A stretch of DNA of 64,000 nucleotides from Azolla caroliniana (Eukaryota > Plantae > Polypodiophyta): NCBI GenBank assembly GCA_043228905.1, contig JBHGNT010000024.1, positions 1-64,000 on the forward strand, written 5' to 3'. Of this stretch, positions 27,541-41,600 are shown in pieces. Made by a program: the position numbers and the translations under genes. Each line of letters opens with the position of its first letter. Positions within the stretch are counted from its first letter, which is position 1. The notes under the pieces were generated by a model. That model did no database searches and had not been told where the DNA came from. It saw only the letters and a program-made list of their open reading frames with translations.

Positions 27541-29169
27541 CATTAGCTATGATATGGAATTTAAAAATCAAGATTTTAAAAGTCAAGTCCAGAGACATGA
27601 CCACAATAGCAAACTTGAGGAGGGAGTTGAGAGGAGTCCTTGAGTAAATTAAAATGTTCATACCTGGCTCGTGTGATATCGGATTTCTGTGTTCAAACAT
27701 GCAAATCGAAACTAACAACGCTACCTATGAAATGGAATTAAAAAATCAAGATTTTAAAACTCAAGTCCAGCGACATTACGAAATTACCAAATTTGAGTAG
27801 TGAGCTGAGAAGAGCTAGTAGGTAAATTAAAATGTTCATACCTGGCTCGTGTCATATCCGATTTTTGTGTTCAAACATGCGTATCGAAGCTAACAACGCT
27901 AGCTATGATATAGAATTAAAAAATGAAGATTTTGAAACTCAGGTCGAGAGACATGACGAAATTACCAAATTTGAGGAGTCAGTTGAGAAAAGCTAGTAGG
28001 TAAATTAAAATGTTCATACCTGACTCGTGTGATATCGGATTTTTGTGTTCAAACATGCGAATCGAAGCTAACAACGCTAGCTATGATATGGAAATAAAAA
28101 ATCAAGATTTTCAAACTCAGGTCGAGAGACATGACGAAATTACCATATTTGAGGAGTGAGTTGAGAGGAGCCCTTGAGTAAATCAAAATGGTCATACCTG
28201 GCTCGTGTGATATCGGATTTTTGTGTTCAAACATGCGAATCGAAGCTAACAACGCTAGCTATGATATGGAATTAAAAAATCAAGATTTTGAAACTCAGGT
28301 CAATAGATATGACGAAATTACCAAATTTGAGGAGTGAGTTGAGAGGAGCCCTTGAGTAAATTAAAATGTTCATACCTGGCTCGTGTGATATCGGATTTTT
28401 GTGTTCAAACATGCGAATCGAAGCTAACAACGCTAGCTATGATATGGAATTAAAAAATCAAGATTTTGAAACTCAGGTCGAGAGACATGACGAAATTACC
28501 AAATTTGAATAGTGAGTTGAGAGGAGCCCTTGAGTAAATTAAAATGTTCATACGTGGCTCGTGTGATATCGGATTTTTGTGTTCAAACATGCGTATCGAA
28601 GCTAACAACGCTAGCTATGATATGGAATTAAAAAATCAAGATTTTGAAACTCAGGTCGAGAGACATGACGAAATTACCAAATTTGAGGAGTCAGTTGAGA
28701 GGAGCCCTTGAGTAAAATAAAATGTTCATACCTGGCTCGTGTAATATCGGGTTTTTTTGTTCAAACATGCGAATCGAAGATAACAACAATAGCTATGATA
28801 TGGAATTAAAAAATCAAGATTTTGAAAAACAGGTCGAGAGACATGACGAAATTACCAAATTTGAGGAGGGAGTTGAGAGGAGCCGTTGAGTAAATTAAAA
28901 TGTTCATACCTGGCTCGTGTGATATCGGATTTTTGTGTTCAAACATGCGAATGGAAGCTAACAACGCTAGCTATGATATGGAATTAAAAAATCAAGATTT
29001 TAAAACTCAAGTCCAGCGACATTACGAAATTACCAAATTTGAGTAGTGAGCTGAGAAGAGCTAGTAGGTAAATTAAAATGTTCATACCTGGCTCGTGTCA
29101 TATCGGATTTATGTGTTCAAATATGCGAATCGAAGCTAACAACGCTAGCTATGAGATGGAATTGAAAAA

Positions 29170-32100
29170 TCAAGATTTTGAAACTCAGGTCGAGAGACAT
29201 GACGAAAATAGCAAACTTGAGGAGGGAGTTGAGAGGAGCCCTTGAGTAAATTAAAAAGTTCATACCTGGCTCGTGTGATATCGGATTTTTGTGTTCAAAC
29301 ATGCAAATCGAAGCTAACAACGCTACCTATGATACGGAATTAGAAAATCAAGATTTTAAAAGTCAAGTCCAGAGACATGACGAAATTACCAAATTTGAGG
29401 AGTGAGTTGAGAGGAGCCCTTGAGTAAATTAAAATGTTCATACCTGGCTCGTGTGATATCGGATTTTTGTGTTCAAACATGCAAATCGAAGCTAACAACG
29501 CTACCTATGATATGGAATTAAAAAATCAAGATTTTAAAAGTCAAGTCCAGAGACATTACGAAATTACCAAATTTGAGGAGTGAGTTGAGAGGAGCCCTTG
29601 AGTAAATTAAAATGTTCATACCTGGCTCGTGTGATATCGGATTTTTGTGTTCAAACATGCAAATCGAAGCTGACAACGCTAGCTATGAGATGCAATTAAA
29701 AAATCAAGATTTTAAAACTCAGGTCGAGAGACATGACGAAAATAGCAAACTTGAGGAAGGAGTTGAGAAGAGCTAGTACATAAATTTAAATGTTCATACC
29801 TGGCTCGTGTGATATCGGATTTTTGTGTTCAAACATGCGAATCGAAGCTAACAACGCTAGCTATGATATGGAATTAAAAAATCAAGATTTTGAAACTCAG
29901 GTCGAGAGACATGACGAAAATAGCAAACTTGAGGAGGGAGTTGATAGGAGCCCTTGAGTAAATTAAAATGTTCATACCTAGCTCGTGTGATATCGGATTT
30001 TTGTGTTCAAACATGCAAATCGAAGCTAACAACGCTAGCTATGAGATGGAATTAAAAAATCAAGATTTTAAAACTCAGGTCGAGAGACATGACGAAAATA
30101 GCAAACTTGAGGAAGGAGTTGAGAAGAGCTAGTACGTAAATTTAAATGTTCATACCTGGCAAACTGTGATATCGGATTTTTGTGTTCAAACATGCGAATC
30201 GAAGCTAATAACGCTAGCTATGAAATGGAATTAAAACATCAAGATTTTGAAACTCAGGTCGAGAGACATGACGAAATTACCAAATTTGAGGAGGGAGTTG
30301 AGAGCAGCCCTTGAGTAAATTAAAATGTTCATACCTGGCCCGTGTGATATCGGATTTTTGTCTTCAAACATGCGAATCAAAACTAACAACGCTAGCTATG
30401 ATATGGAATTAAAAAATCAAGATTTTGAAACTCAGGTCGAGAGACATGACGAAAATAGCAAACTTGAGGAGGGAGTTGATAGGAGCCCTTGAGTAAATTA
30501 AAATGTTCATACCTAGCTCGTGTGATATCGGATTTTTGTGTTCAAACATGCAAATCGAAGCTAACAACGCTAGCTATGAGATGGAATTAAAAAATCAAGA
30601 TTTTAAAACTCAGGTCGAGAGACATGACGAAAATAGCAAACTTGAGGAAGGAGTTGAGAAGAGCTAGTACGTAAATTTAAATGTTCATACCTGGCAAACT
30701 GTGATATCGGATTTTTGTGTTCAAACATGCGAATCGAAGCTAATAACGCTAGCTATGAAATGGAATTAAAACATCAAGATTTTGAAACTCAGGTCGAGAG
30801 ACATGACGAAATTACCAAATTTGAGGAGGGAGTTGAGAGCCCTTGAGTAAATTAAAATGTTCATACGTGGCTCGTGTGATATCGGATTTTTGTGTTCAAA
30901 CATGCGTATCGAAGCTAACAACGCTAGCTATGATATGGAATTAAAAAATCAAGATTTTGAAACTCAGGTCGAGAGACATGACGAAATTACCAAATTTGAG
31001 GAGTCAGTTGAGAGGAGCCCTTGAGTAAATTAAAATGTTCATACCTGGCCCGTGTGATATCGGATTTTTGTGTTCAAACATGCGAATCAAAACTAACAAC
31101 GCTAGCTATGATATGGAATTAAAAAATCAAGATTTTGAAACTCAGGTCGAGAGACATGACGAAAATAGCAAACTTAAAGAAGGGAGTTGAGAGGAGCCCT
31201 TGAGTAAATTAAAATGTTCATACCTGGCTCGTGTAATATCGGATTTTTGTGTTCAAACATGCAAATCGAAGCTGACAACGCTAGCTATGAGATGCAATTA
31301 AAAAATCAAGATTTTAAAACTCAGGTCGAGAGACATGACGAAAATAGCAAACTTGAGGAAGGAGTTGAGAAGAGCTAGTACGTAAATTTAAATGTTCATA
31401 CCTGGCTCGTGTGATATCGGATTTTTGTGTTCAAACATGCGAATCGAAGCTAACAACGCTAGCTATGATATGGAATTAAAAAATCAAGATTTTGAAACTC
31501 AGGTCGAGAGACATGACGAAAATAGCAAACTTGAGGAGGGAGTTGATAGGAGCCCTTGAGTAAATTAAAATGTTCATACCTAGCTCGTGTGATATCGGAT
31601 TTTTGTGTTCAAACATGCAAATCGAAGCTAACAACGCTAGCTATGAGATGGAATTAAAAAATCAAGATTTTAAAACTCAGGTCGAGAGACATGACGAAAA
31701 TAGCAAACTTGAGGAAGGAGTTGAGAAGAGCTAGTACGTAAATTTAAATGTTCATACCTGGCAAACTGTGATATCGGATTTTTGTGTTCAAACATGCGAA
31801 TCGAAGCTAATAACGCTAGTTATGAAATGGAATTAAAACATCAAGATTTTGAAACTCAGGTCGAGAGACATGACGAAATTACCAAATTTGAGGAGGGAGT
31901 TGAGAGCAGCCCTTGAGTAAATTAAAATGTTCATACCTGGCCCGTGTGATATCGGATTTTTGTCTTCAAACATGCGAATCAAAACTAACAACGCTAGCTA
32001 TGATATGGAATTAAAAAATCAAGATTTTGAAACTCAGGTCGAGAGACATGACGAAAATAGCAAACTTGAGGAGGGAGTTGATAGGAGCCCTTGAGTAAAT

Positions 32101-35100
32101 TAAAATGTTCATACCTAGCTCGTGTGATATCGGATTTTTGTGTTCAAACATGCAAATCGAAGCTAACAACGCTAGCTATGAGATGGAATTAAAAAATCAA
32201 GATTTTAAAACTCAGGTCGAGAGACATGACGAAAATAGCAAACTTGAGGAAGGAGTTGAGAAGAGCTAGTACGTAAATTCAAATGTTCATACCTAGCAAA
32301 CTGTGATATCGGATTTTTGTGTTCAAACATGCGAATCGAAGCTAATAACGCTAGCTATGAAATGGAATTAAAACATCAAGATTTTGAAACTCAGGTCGAG
32401 AGACATGACGAAATTACCAAATTTGAGGAGGGAGTTGAGAGCAGCCCTTGAGTAAATTAAAATGTTCATACATGGCCCGTGTGATATGGATTTTTGTGTT
32501 CAAACATGCAAATCGAAGCTAACAACGCTAGCTATGATATGGAATTAAAAAATCAAGATTTTGAAACTCAGGTCGAGAGACATGACGAAAATAGCAAACT
32601 TGAGGAGGGAGTTGAGAGGAGCCCTTGAGTAAATTAAAATGTTCATACCTGGCTCGTGTGATATCGGATTTTTGTGTTCAAACATGCAAATCGAAGCTAA
32701 CAACGCTAGCTATGAGATGGAATTAAAAAATCAAGATTTTAAAACTCAGGTCGAGAGACATGACGAAAATAGCAAACTTGAGGAAGGAGTTGAGAAGAGC
32801 TAGTACGTAAATTTAAATGTTCATACCTGGCAAACTGTGATATCGGATTTTTGTGTTCAAACATGCGAATCGAAGCTAATAACGCTAGCTATGAAATGGA
32901 ATTAAAACATCAAGATTTTGAAACTCAGGTCGAGAGACATGACGAAATTACCAAATTTGAGGAGGGAGTTGAGAGCAGCCCTTGAGTAAATTAAAATGTT
33001 CATACCTGGCCCGTGTGATATCGGATTTTTGTCTTCAAACATGCGAATCAAAACTAACAACGCTAGCTATGATATGGAATTAAAAAATCAAGATTTTGAA
33101 ACTCAGGTCGAGAGACATGACGAAAATAGCAAACTTGAGGAGGGAGTTGATAGGAGACCTTGAGTAAATTAAAATGTTCATACCTAGCTCGTGTGATATC
33201 GGATTTTTGTGTTCAAACATGCAAATCGAAGCTAACAACGCTAGCTATGAGATGGAATTAAAAAATCAAGATTTTAAAACTCAGGTCGAGAGACATGACG
33301 AAAATAGCAAACTTGAGGAAGGAGTTGAGAAGAGCTAGTACGTAAATTTAAATGTTCATACCTGGCAAACTGTGATATCGGATTTTTGTGTTCAAACATG
33401 CGAATCGAAGCTAATAACGCTAGCTATGAAATGGAATTAAAACATCAAGATTTTGAAACTCAGGTCGAGAGACATGACGAAATTACCAAATTTGAGGAGG
33501 GAGTTGAGAGCAGCCCTTGAGTAAATTAAAATGTTCATACCTGGCCCGTGTGATATCGGATTTTTGTCTTCAAACATGCGAATCAAAACTAACAACGCTA
33601 GCTATGATATGGAATTAAAAAATCAAGATTTTGAAACTCAGGTCGAGAGACATGACGAAAATAGCAAACTTGAGGAGGGAGTTGAGAGGAGCCCTTGAGT
33701 AAATTAAAAAGTTCATACCTGGCTCGTGTGATATCGGATTTTTGTGTTCAAACATGCAAATCGAAGCTAACAACGCTACCTATGATACGGAATTAGAAAA
33801 TCAAGATTTTAAAAGTCAAGTCCAGAGACATGACGAAATTACCAAATTTGAGGAGTGAGTTGAGAGGAGCCCTTGAGTAAATTAAAATGTTCATACCTGG
33901 CTCGTGTGATATCGGATTTTTGTGTTCAAACATGCAAATCGAAGCTAACAACGCTACCTATGATATGGAATTAAAAAATCAAGATTTTAAAAGTCAAGTC
34001 CAGAGACATTACGAAATTACCAAATTTGAGGAGTGAGTTGAGAGGAGCCCTTGAGTAAATTAAAATGTTCATACCTGGCTCGTGTGATATCGGATTTTTG
34101 TGTTCAAACATGCAAATCGAAGCTGACAACGCTAGCTATGAGATGCAATTAAAAAATCAAGATTTTAAAACTCAGGTCGAGAGACATGACGAAAATAGCA
34201 AACTTGAGGAAGGAGTTGAGAAGAGCTAGTACGTAAATTTAAATGTTCATACCTGGCTCGTGTGATATCGGATTTTTGTGTTCAAACATGCGAATCGAAG
34301 CTAACAACGCTAGCTATGATATGGAATTAAAAAATCAAGATTTTGAAACTCAGGTCGAGAGACATGACGAAAATAGCAAACTTGAGGAGGGAGTTGATAG
34401 GAGCCCTTGAGTAAATTAAAATGTTCATACCTAGCTCGTGTGATATCGGATTTTTGTGTTCAAACATGCAAATCGAAGCTAACAACGCTAGCTATGAGAT
34501 GGAATTAAAAAATCAAGATTTTAAAACTCAGGTCGAGAGACATGACGAAAATAGCAAACTTGAGGAAGGAGTTGAGAAGAGCTAGTACGTAAATTTAAAT
34601 GTTCATACCTGGCAAACTGTGATATCGGATTTTTGTGTTCAAACATGCGAATCGAAGCTAATAACGCTAGCTATGAAATGGAATTAAAACATCAAGATTT
34701 TGAAACTCAGGTCGAGAGACATGACGAAATTACCAAATTTGAGGAGGGAGTGGAGAGCAGCCCTTGAGTAAATTAAAATGTTCATACCTGGCCCGTGTGA
34801 TATCGGATTTTTGTCTTCAAACATGCGAATCAAAACTAACAACGCTAGCTATGATATGGAATTAAAAAATCAAGATTTTGAAACTCAGGTCGAGAGACAT
34901 GACGAAAATAGCAAACTTGAGGAGGGAGTTGATAGGAGCCCTTGAGTAAATTAAAATGTTCATACCTAGCTCGTGTGATATCGGATTTTTGTGTTCAAAC
35001 ATGCAAATCGAAGCTAACAACGCTAGCTATGAGATGGAATTAAAAAATCAAGATTTTAAAACTCAGGTCGAGAGACATGACGAAAATAGCAAACTTGAGG

Positions 35101-38100
35101 AAGGAGTTGAGAAGAGCTAGTACGTAAATTTAAATGTTCATACCTGGCAAACTGTGATATCGGATTTTTGTGTTCAAACATGCGAATCGAAGCTAATAAC
35201 GCTAGCTATGAAATGGAATTAAAACATCAAGATTTTGAAACTCAGGTCGAGAGACATGACGAAATTACCAAATTTGAGGAGGGAGTTGAGAGCCCTTGAG
35301 TAAATTAAAATGTTCATACGTGGCTCGTGTGATATCGGATTTTTGTGTTCAAACATGCGTATCGAAGCTAACAACGCTAGCTATGATATGGAATTAAAAA
35401 ATCAAGATTTTGAAACTCAGGTCGAGAGACATGACGAAATTACCAAATTTGAGGAGTCAGTTGAGAGGAGCCCTTGAGTAAATTAAAATGTTCATACCTG
35501 GCCCGTGTGATATCGGATTTTTGTGTTCAAACATGCGAATCAAAACTAACAACGCTAGCTATGATATGGAATTAAAAAATCAAGATTTTGAAACTCAGGT
35601 CGAGAGACATGACGAAAATAGCAAACTTAAAGAAGGGAGTTGAGAGGAGCCCTTGAGTAAATTAAAATGTTCATACCTGGCTCGTGTAATATCGGATTTT
35701 TGTGTTCAAACATGCAAATCGAAGCTGACAACGCTAGCTATGAGATGCAATTAAAAAATCAAGATTTTAAAACTCAGGTCGAGAGACATGACGAAAATAG
35801 CAAACTTGAGGAAGGAGTTGAGAAGAGCTAGTACGTAAATTTAAATGTTCATACCTGGCTCGTGTGATATCGGATTTTTGTGTTCAAACATGCGAATCGA
35901 AGCTAACAACGCTAGCTATGATATGGAATTAAAAAATCAAGATTTTGAAACTCAGGTCGAGAGACATGACGAAAATAGCAAACTTGAGGAGGGAGTTGAT
36001 AGGAGCCCTTGAGTAAATTAAAATGTTCATACCTAGCTCGTGTGATATCGGATTTTTGTGTTCAAACATGCAAATCGAAGCTAACAACGCTAGCTATGAG
36101 ATGGAATTAAAAAATCAAGATTTTAAAACTCAGGTCGAGAGACATGACGAAAATAGCAAACTTGAGGAAGGAGTTGAGAAGAGCTAGTACGTAAATTTAA
36201 ATGTTCATACCTGGCAAACTGTGATATCGGATTTTTGTGTTCAAACATGCGAATCGAAGCTAATAACGCTAGTTATGAAATGGAATTAAAACATCAAGAT
36301 TTTGAAACTCAGGTCGAGAGACATGACGAAATTACCAAATTTGAGGAGGGAGTTGAGAGCAGCCCTTGAGTAAATTAAAATGTTCATACCTGGCCCGTGT
36401 GATATCGGATTTTTGTCTTCAAACATGCGAATCAAAACTAACAACGCTAGCTATGATATGGAATTAAAAAATCAAGATTTTGAAACTCAGGTCGAGAGAC
36501 ATGACGAAAATAGCAAACTTGAGGAGGGAGTTGATAGGAGCCCTTGAGTAAATTAAAATGTTCATACCTAGCTCGTGTGATATCGGATTTTTGTGTTCAA
36601 ACATGCAAATCGAAGCTAACAACGCTAGCTATGAGATGGAATTAAAAAATCAAGATTTTAAAACTCAGGTCGAGAGACATGACGAAAATAGCAAACTTGA
36701 GGAAGGAGTTGAGAAGAGCTAGTACGTAAATTCAAATGTTCATACCTAGCAAACTGTGATATCGGATTTTTGTGTTCAAACATGCGAATCGAAGCTAATA
36801 ACGCTAGCTATGAAATGGAATTAAAACATCAAGATTTTGAAACTCAGGTCGAGAGACATGACGAAATTACCAAATTTGAGGAGGGAGTTGAGAGCAGCCC
36901 TTGAGTAAATTAAAATGTTCATACATGGCCCGTGTGATATGGATTTTTGTGTTCAAACATGCAAATCGAAGCTAACAACGCTAGCTATGATATGGAATTA
37001 AAAAATCAAGATTTTGAAACTCAGGTCGAGAGACATGACGAAAATAGCAAACTTGAGGAGGGAGTTGAGAGGAGCCCTTGAGTAAATTAAAATGTTCATA
37101 CCTGGCTCGTGTGATATCGGATTTTTGTGTTCAAACATGCAAATCGAAGCTAACAACGCTAGCTATGAGATGGAATTAAAAAATCAAGATTTTAAAACTC
37201 AGGTCGAGAGACATGACGAAAATAGCAAACTTGAGGAAGGAGTTGAGAAGAGCTAGTACGTAAATTTAAATGTTCATACCTGGCAAACTGTGATATCGGA
37301 TTTTTGTGTTCAAACATGCGAATCGAAGCTAATAACGCTAGCTATGAAATGGAATTAAAACATCAAGATTTTGAAACTCAGGTCGAGAGACATGACGAAA
37401 TTACCAAATTTGAGGAGGGAGTTGAGAGCAGCCCTTGAGTAAATTAAAATGTTCATACCTGGCCCGTGTGATATCGGATTTTTGTCTTCAAACATGCGAA
37501 TCAAAACTAACAACGCTAGCTATGATATGGAATTAAAAAATCAAGATTTTGAAACTCAGGTCGAGAGACATGACGAAAATAGCAAACTTGAGGAGGGAGT
37601 TGATAGGAGACCTTGAGTAAATTAAAATGTTCATACCTAGCTCGTGTGATATCGGATTTTTGTGTTCAAACATGCAAATCGAAGCTAACAACGCTAGCTA
37701 TGAGATGGAATTAAAAAATCAAGATTTTAAAACTCAGGTCGAGAGACATGACGAAATTACCAAATGTGAGGAGTGAGTTGAGAAGAGCTAGTAGGTAAAT
37801 GAAAATGTTCATACCTGGCTCGTGTGATATCGGATTTTTGTGTTCAAACATGCAAATCGAAGCTAACAACGCTACCTATGATATGGAATTAAAAAATCAA
37901 GATTTTAAAAGTCAAGTCTAGAGACATTACGAAATTACCAAATTTGAGGAGTGAGTTGAGAGGAGCCCTTGAGTAAATTAAAATGTTCATACCTGGCTCG
38001 TGTGATATCGGATTTTTGTGTTCAAACATGCGAATCGAAGCTGGCGACGCTACCTATGATATGCAATTAAAAAATCAAGATTTTGAAACTCAGGTCGAGA

Positions 38101-41100
38101 GACATGACGAAAATAGCAAACTTGAGGAGGGAGTTGAGAGGAGCCCTTGAGTAAATTAAAAAGTTCATACCTGGCTCGTGTGATATCGGATTTTTGTGTT
38201 CAAACATGCAAATCGAAGCTAACAACGCTACCTATGATACGGAATTAGAAAATCAAGATTTTAAAAGTCAAGTCCAGAGACATGACGAAATTACCAAATT
38301 TGAGGAGTGAGTTGAGAGGAGCCCTTGAGTAAATTAAAATGTTCATACCTGGCTCGTGTGATATCGGATTTTTGTGTTCAAACATGCAAATCGAAGCTAA
38401 CAACGCTACCTATGATATGGAATTAAAAAATCAAGATTTTAAAAGTCAAGTCCAGAGACATTACGAAATTACCAAATTTGAGGAGTGAGTTGAGAGGAGC
38501 CCTTGAGTAAATTAAAATGTTCATACCTGGCTCGTGTGATATCGGATTTTTGTGTTCAAACATGCAAATCGAAGCTGACAACGCTAGCTATGAGATGCAA
38601 TTAAAAAATCAAGATTTTAAAACTCAGGTCGAGAGACATGACGAAAATAGCAAACTTGAGGAAGGAGTTGAGAAGAGCTAGTACGTAAATTTAAATGTTC
38701 ATACCTGGCTCGTGTGATATCGGATTTTTGTGTTCAAACATGCGAATCGAAGCTAACAACGCTAGCTATGATATGGAATTAAAAAATCAAGATTTTGAAA
38801 CTCAGGTCGAGAGACATGACGAAAATAGCAAACTTGAGGAGGGAGTTGATAGGAGCCCTTGAGTAAATTAAAATGTTCATACCTAGCTCGTGTGATATCG
38901 GATTTTTGTGTTCAAACATGCAAATCGAAGCTAACAACGCTAGCTATGAGATGGAATTAAAAAATCAAGATTTTAAAACTCAGGTCGAGAGACATGACGA
39001 AAATAGCAAACTTGAGGAAGGAGTTGAGAAGAGCTAGTACGTAAATTTAAATGTTCATACCTGGCAAACTGTGATATCGGATTTTTGTGTTCAAACATGC
39101 GAATCGAAGCTAATAACGCTAGCTATGAAATGGAATTAAAACATCAAGATTTTGAAACTCAGGTCGAGAGACATGACGAAATTACCAAATTTGAGGAGGG
39201 AGTGGAGAGCAGCCCTTGAGTAAATTAAAATGTTCATACCTGGCCCGTGTGATATCGGATTTTTGTCTTCAAACATGCGAATCAAAACTAACAACGCTAG
39301 CTATGATATGGAATTAAAAAATCAAGATTTTGAAACTCAGGTCGAGAGACATGACGAAAATAGCAAACTTGAGGAGGGAGTTGATAGGAGCCCTTGAGTA
39401 AATTAAAATGTTCATACCTAGCTCGTGTGATATCGGATTTTTGTGTTCAAACATGCAAATCGAAGCTAACAACGCTAGCTATGAGATGGAATTAAAAAAT
39501 CAAGATTTTAAAACTCAGGTCGAGAGACATGACGAAAATAGCAAACTTGAGGAAGGAGTTGAGAAGAGCTAGTACGTAAATTTAAATGTTCATACCTGGC
39601 AAACTGTGATATCGGATTTTTGTGTTCAAACATGCGAATCGAAGCTAATAACGCTAGCTATGAAATGGAATTAAAACATCAAGATTTTGAAACTCAGGTC
39701 GAGAGACATGACGAAATTACCAAATTTGAGGAGGGAGTTGAGAGCCCTTGAGTAAATTAAAATGTTCATACGTGGCTCGTGTGATATCGGATTTTTGTGT
39801 TCAAACATGCGTATCGAAGCTAACAACGCTAGCTATGATATGGAATTAAAAAATCAAGATTTTGAAACTCAGGTCGAGAGACATGACGAAATTACCAAAT
39901 TTGAGGAGTCAGTTGAGAGGAGCCCTTGAGTAAATTAAAATGTTCATACCTGGCCCGTGTGATATCGGATTTTTGTGTTCAAACATGCGAATCAAAACTA
40001 ACAACGCTAGCTATGATATGGAATTAAAAAATCAAGATTTTGAAACTCAGGTCGAGAGACATGACGAAAATAGCAAACTTAAAGAAGGGAGTTGAGAGGA
40101 GCCCTTGAGTAAATTAAAATGTTCATACCTGGCTCGTGTAATATCGGATTTTTGTGTTCAAACATGCAAATCGAAGCTGACAACGCTAGCTATGAGATGC
40201 AATTAAAAAATCAAGATTTTAAAACTCAGGTCGAGAGACATGACGAAAATAGCAAACTTGAGGAAGGAGTTGAGAAGAGCTAGTACGTAAATTTAAATGT
40301 TCATACCTGGCTCGTGTGATATCGGATTTTTGTGTTCAAACATGCGAATCGAAGCTAACAACGCTAGCTATGATATGGAATTAAAAAATCAAGATTTTGA
40401 AACTCAGGTCGAGAGACATGACGAAAATAGCAAACTTGAGGAGGGAGTTGATAGGAGCCCTTGAGTAAATTAAAATGTTCATACCTAGCTCGTGTGATAT
40501 CGGATTTTTGTGTTCAAACATGCAAATCGAAGCTAACAACGCTAGCTATGAGATGGAATTAAAAAATCAAGATTTTAAAACTCAGGTCGAGAGACATGAC
40601 GAAAATAGCAAACTTGAGGAAGGAGTTGAGAAGAGCTAGTACGTAAATTTAAATGTTCATACCTGGCAAACTGTGATATCGGATTTTTGTGTTCAAACAT
40701 GCGAATCGAAGCTAATAACGCTAGTTATGAAATGGAATTAAAACATCAAGATTTTGAAACTCAGGTCGAGAGACATGACGAAATTACCAAATTTGAGGAG
40801 GGAGTTGAGAGCAGCCCTTGAGTAAATTAAAATGTTCATACCTGGCCCGTGTGATATCGGATTTTTGTCTTCAAACATGCGAATCAAAACTAACAACGCT
40901 AGCTATGATATGGAATTAAAAAATCAAGATTTTGAAACTCAGGTCGAGAGACATGACGAAAATAGCAAACTTGAGGAGGGAGTTGATAGGAGCCCTTGAG
41001 TAAATTAAAATGTTCATACCTAGCTCGTGTGATATCGGATTTTTGTGTTCAAACATGCAAATCGAAGCTAACAACGCTAGCTATGAGATGGAATTAAAAA

Positions 41101-41600
41101 ATCAAGATTTTAAAACTCAGGTCGAGAGACATGACGAAAATAGCAAACTTGAGGAAGGAGTTGAGAAGAGCTAGTACGTAAATTTAAATGTTCATACCTA
41201 GCAAACTGTGATATCGGATTTTTGTGTTCAAACATGCGAATCGAAGCTAATAACGCTAGCTATGAAATGGAATTAAAACATCAAGATTTTGAAACTCAGG
41301 TCGAGAGACATGACGAAATTACCAAATTTGAGGAGGGAGTTGAGAGCAGCCCTTGAGTAAATTAAAATGTTCATACATGGCCCGTGTGATATGGATTTTT
41401 GTGTTCAAACATGCAAATCGAAGCTAACAACGCTAGCTATGATATGGAATTAAAAAATCAAGATTTTGAAACTCAGGTCGAGAGACATGACGAAAATAGC
41501 AAACTTGAGGAGGGAGTTGAGAGGAGCCCTTGAGTAAATTAAAATGTTCATACCTGGCTCGTGTGATATCGGATTTTTGTGTTCAAACATGCAAATCGAA
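29170..41600 (+). repeat. 25-mer higher-order repeat, 4452-4453 bp, about 2.8 copies, with nested 535-bp trimers
   Basis: AACTTAAAGAAGG at 31171, 35624, 40076; 3-bp deletion GAGAGCCCTT and 1-bp deletion GTGATATGGATTT recur at the same period; GGCAAACTGTG recurs at 534-535 bp steps within units. Confidence 0.92.
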
